A stretch of 64,000 bases of DNA, from IMG/VR virus record IMGVR_UViG_3300036760_000522, positions 237,551-301,550 of that record; one strand, written 5' to 3'. This document shows, piece after piece, positions 63,954-64,000 of this stretch. Position numbers and translations under genes: made by a program. The notes below the pieces were generated by a model. It had not been told where the DNA came from. It saw nothing but the letters and a program-made list of their open reading frames with translations, and searched no databases. Position 1 is the first letter of the stretch, and each line of letters opens with the position of its first letter.

Positions 63954-64000
63954 TGAGGAGACAATGTCGACCCCGAGACCGCTCCAGTGGCGTCGGCGCC

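Noticed and set aside
1-64000. tRNA or rRNA genes
   Set aside because: The TTCGA-type motifs I checked lie in coding sequence without a cloverleaf. A tRNAscan run would be decisive.

Overview
This window looks like part of a large (jumbo-type) dsDNA bacteriophage genome in genetic code 11. Myxobacterial-style domains suggest a Myxococcota-like host, but that is inference. Positions 1-27.3 kb are almost all minus strand. They hold a replication, recombination and nucleotide-metabolism module: a DnaN-like clamp, Cas4/AddB-like nuclease, SbcD, an N-half-only SbcC, RecA, RuvC-like resolvase, probable SSB, RecD2, ThyX, an NAD-dependent ligase split by an endonuclease gene, NrdAB, HolA and HolB. 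After these come GroEL, a DNA methyltransferase and two sigma-like genes. An AT-richer, repeat- and GATC-dense segment at about 28.0-28.45 kb is a candidate origin. From 28.6 to 64 kb is an accessory region of small genes on both strands. It includes ASCH, a J-domain protein, Dcd, an RRM protein, MazG-like, ComM-like, an NDP-sugar dehydrogenase, CsrA, a Kelch/FGE-fold lipoprotein, DUF262, DUF2829/Tad2-like and LamG-PhoD, plus decaying pseudogenes. The most notable observations are the cleanly split ligase, four unrelated proteins sharing an N-terminal leader (M-T/S-x-x-x-N/R-V-x-x-x-Y/F), a fixed-spacing bipartite promoter motif just upstream of three start codons, and several other dispersed intergenic motifs. 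No tRNA, rRNA or CRISPR array was recognised. All family assignments come from recalled motifs; no searches were run.
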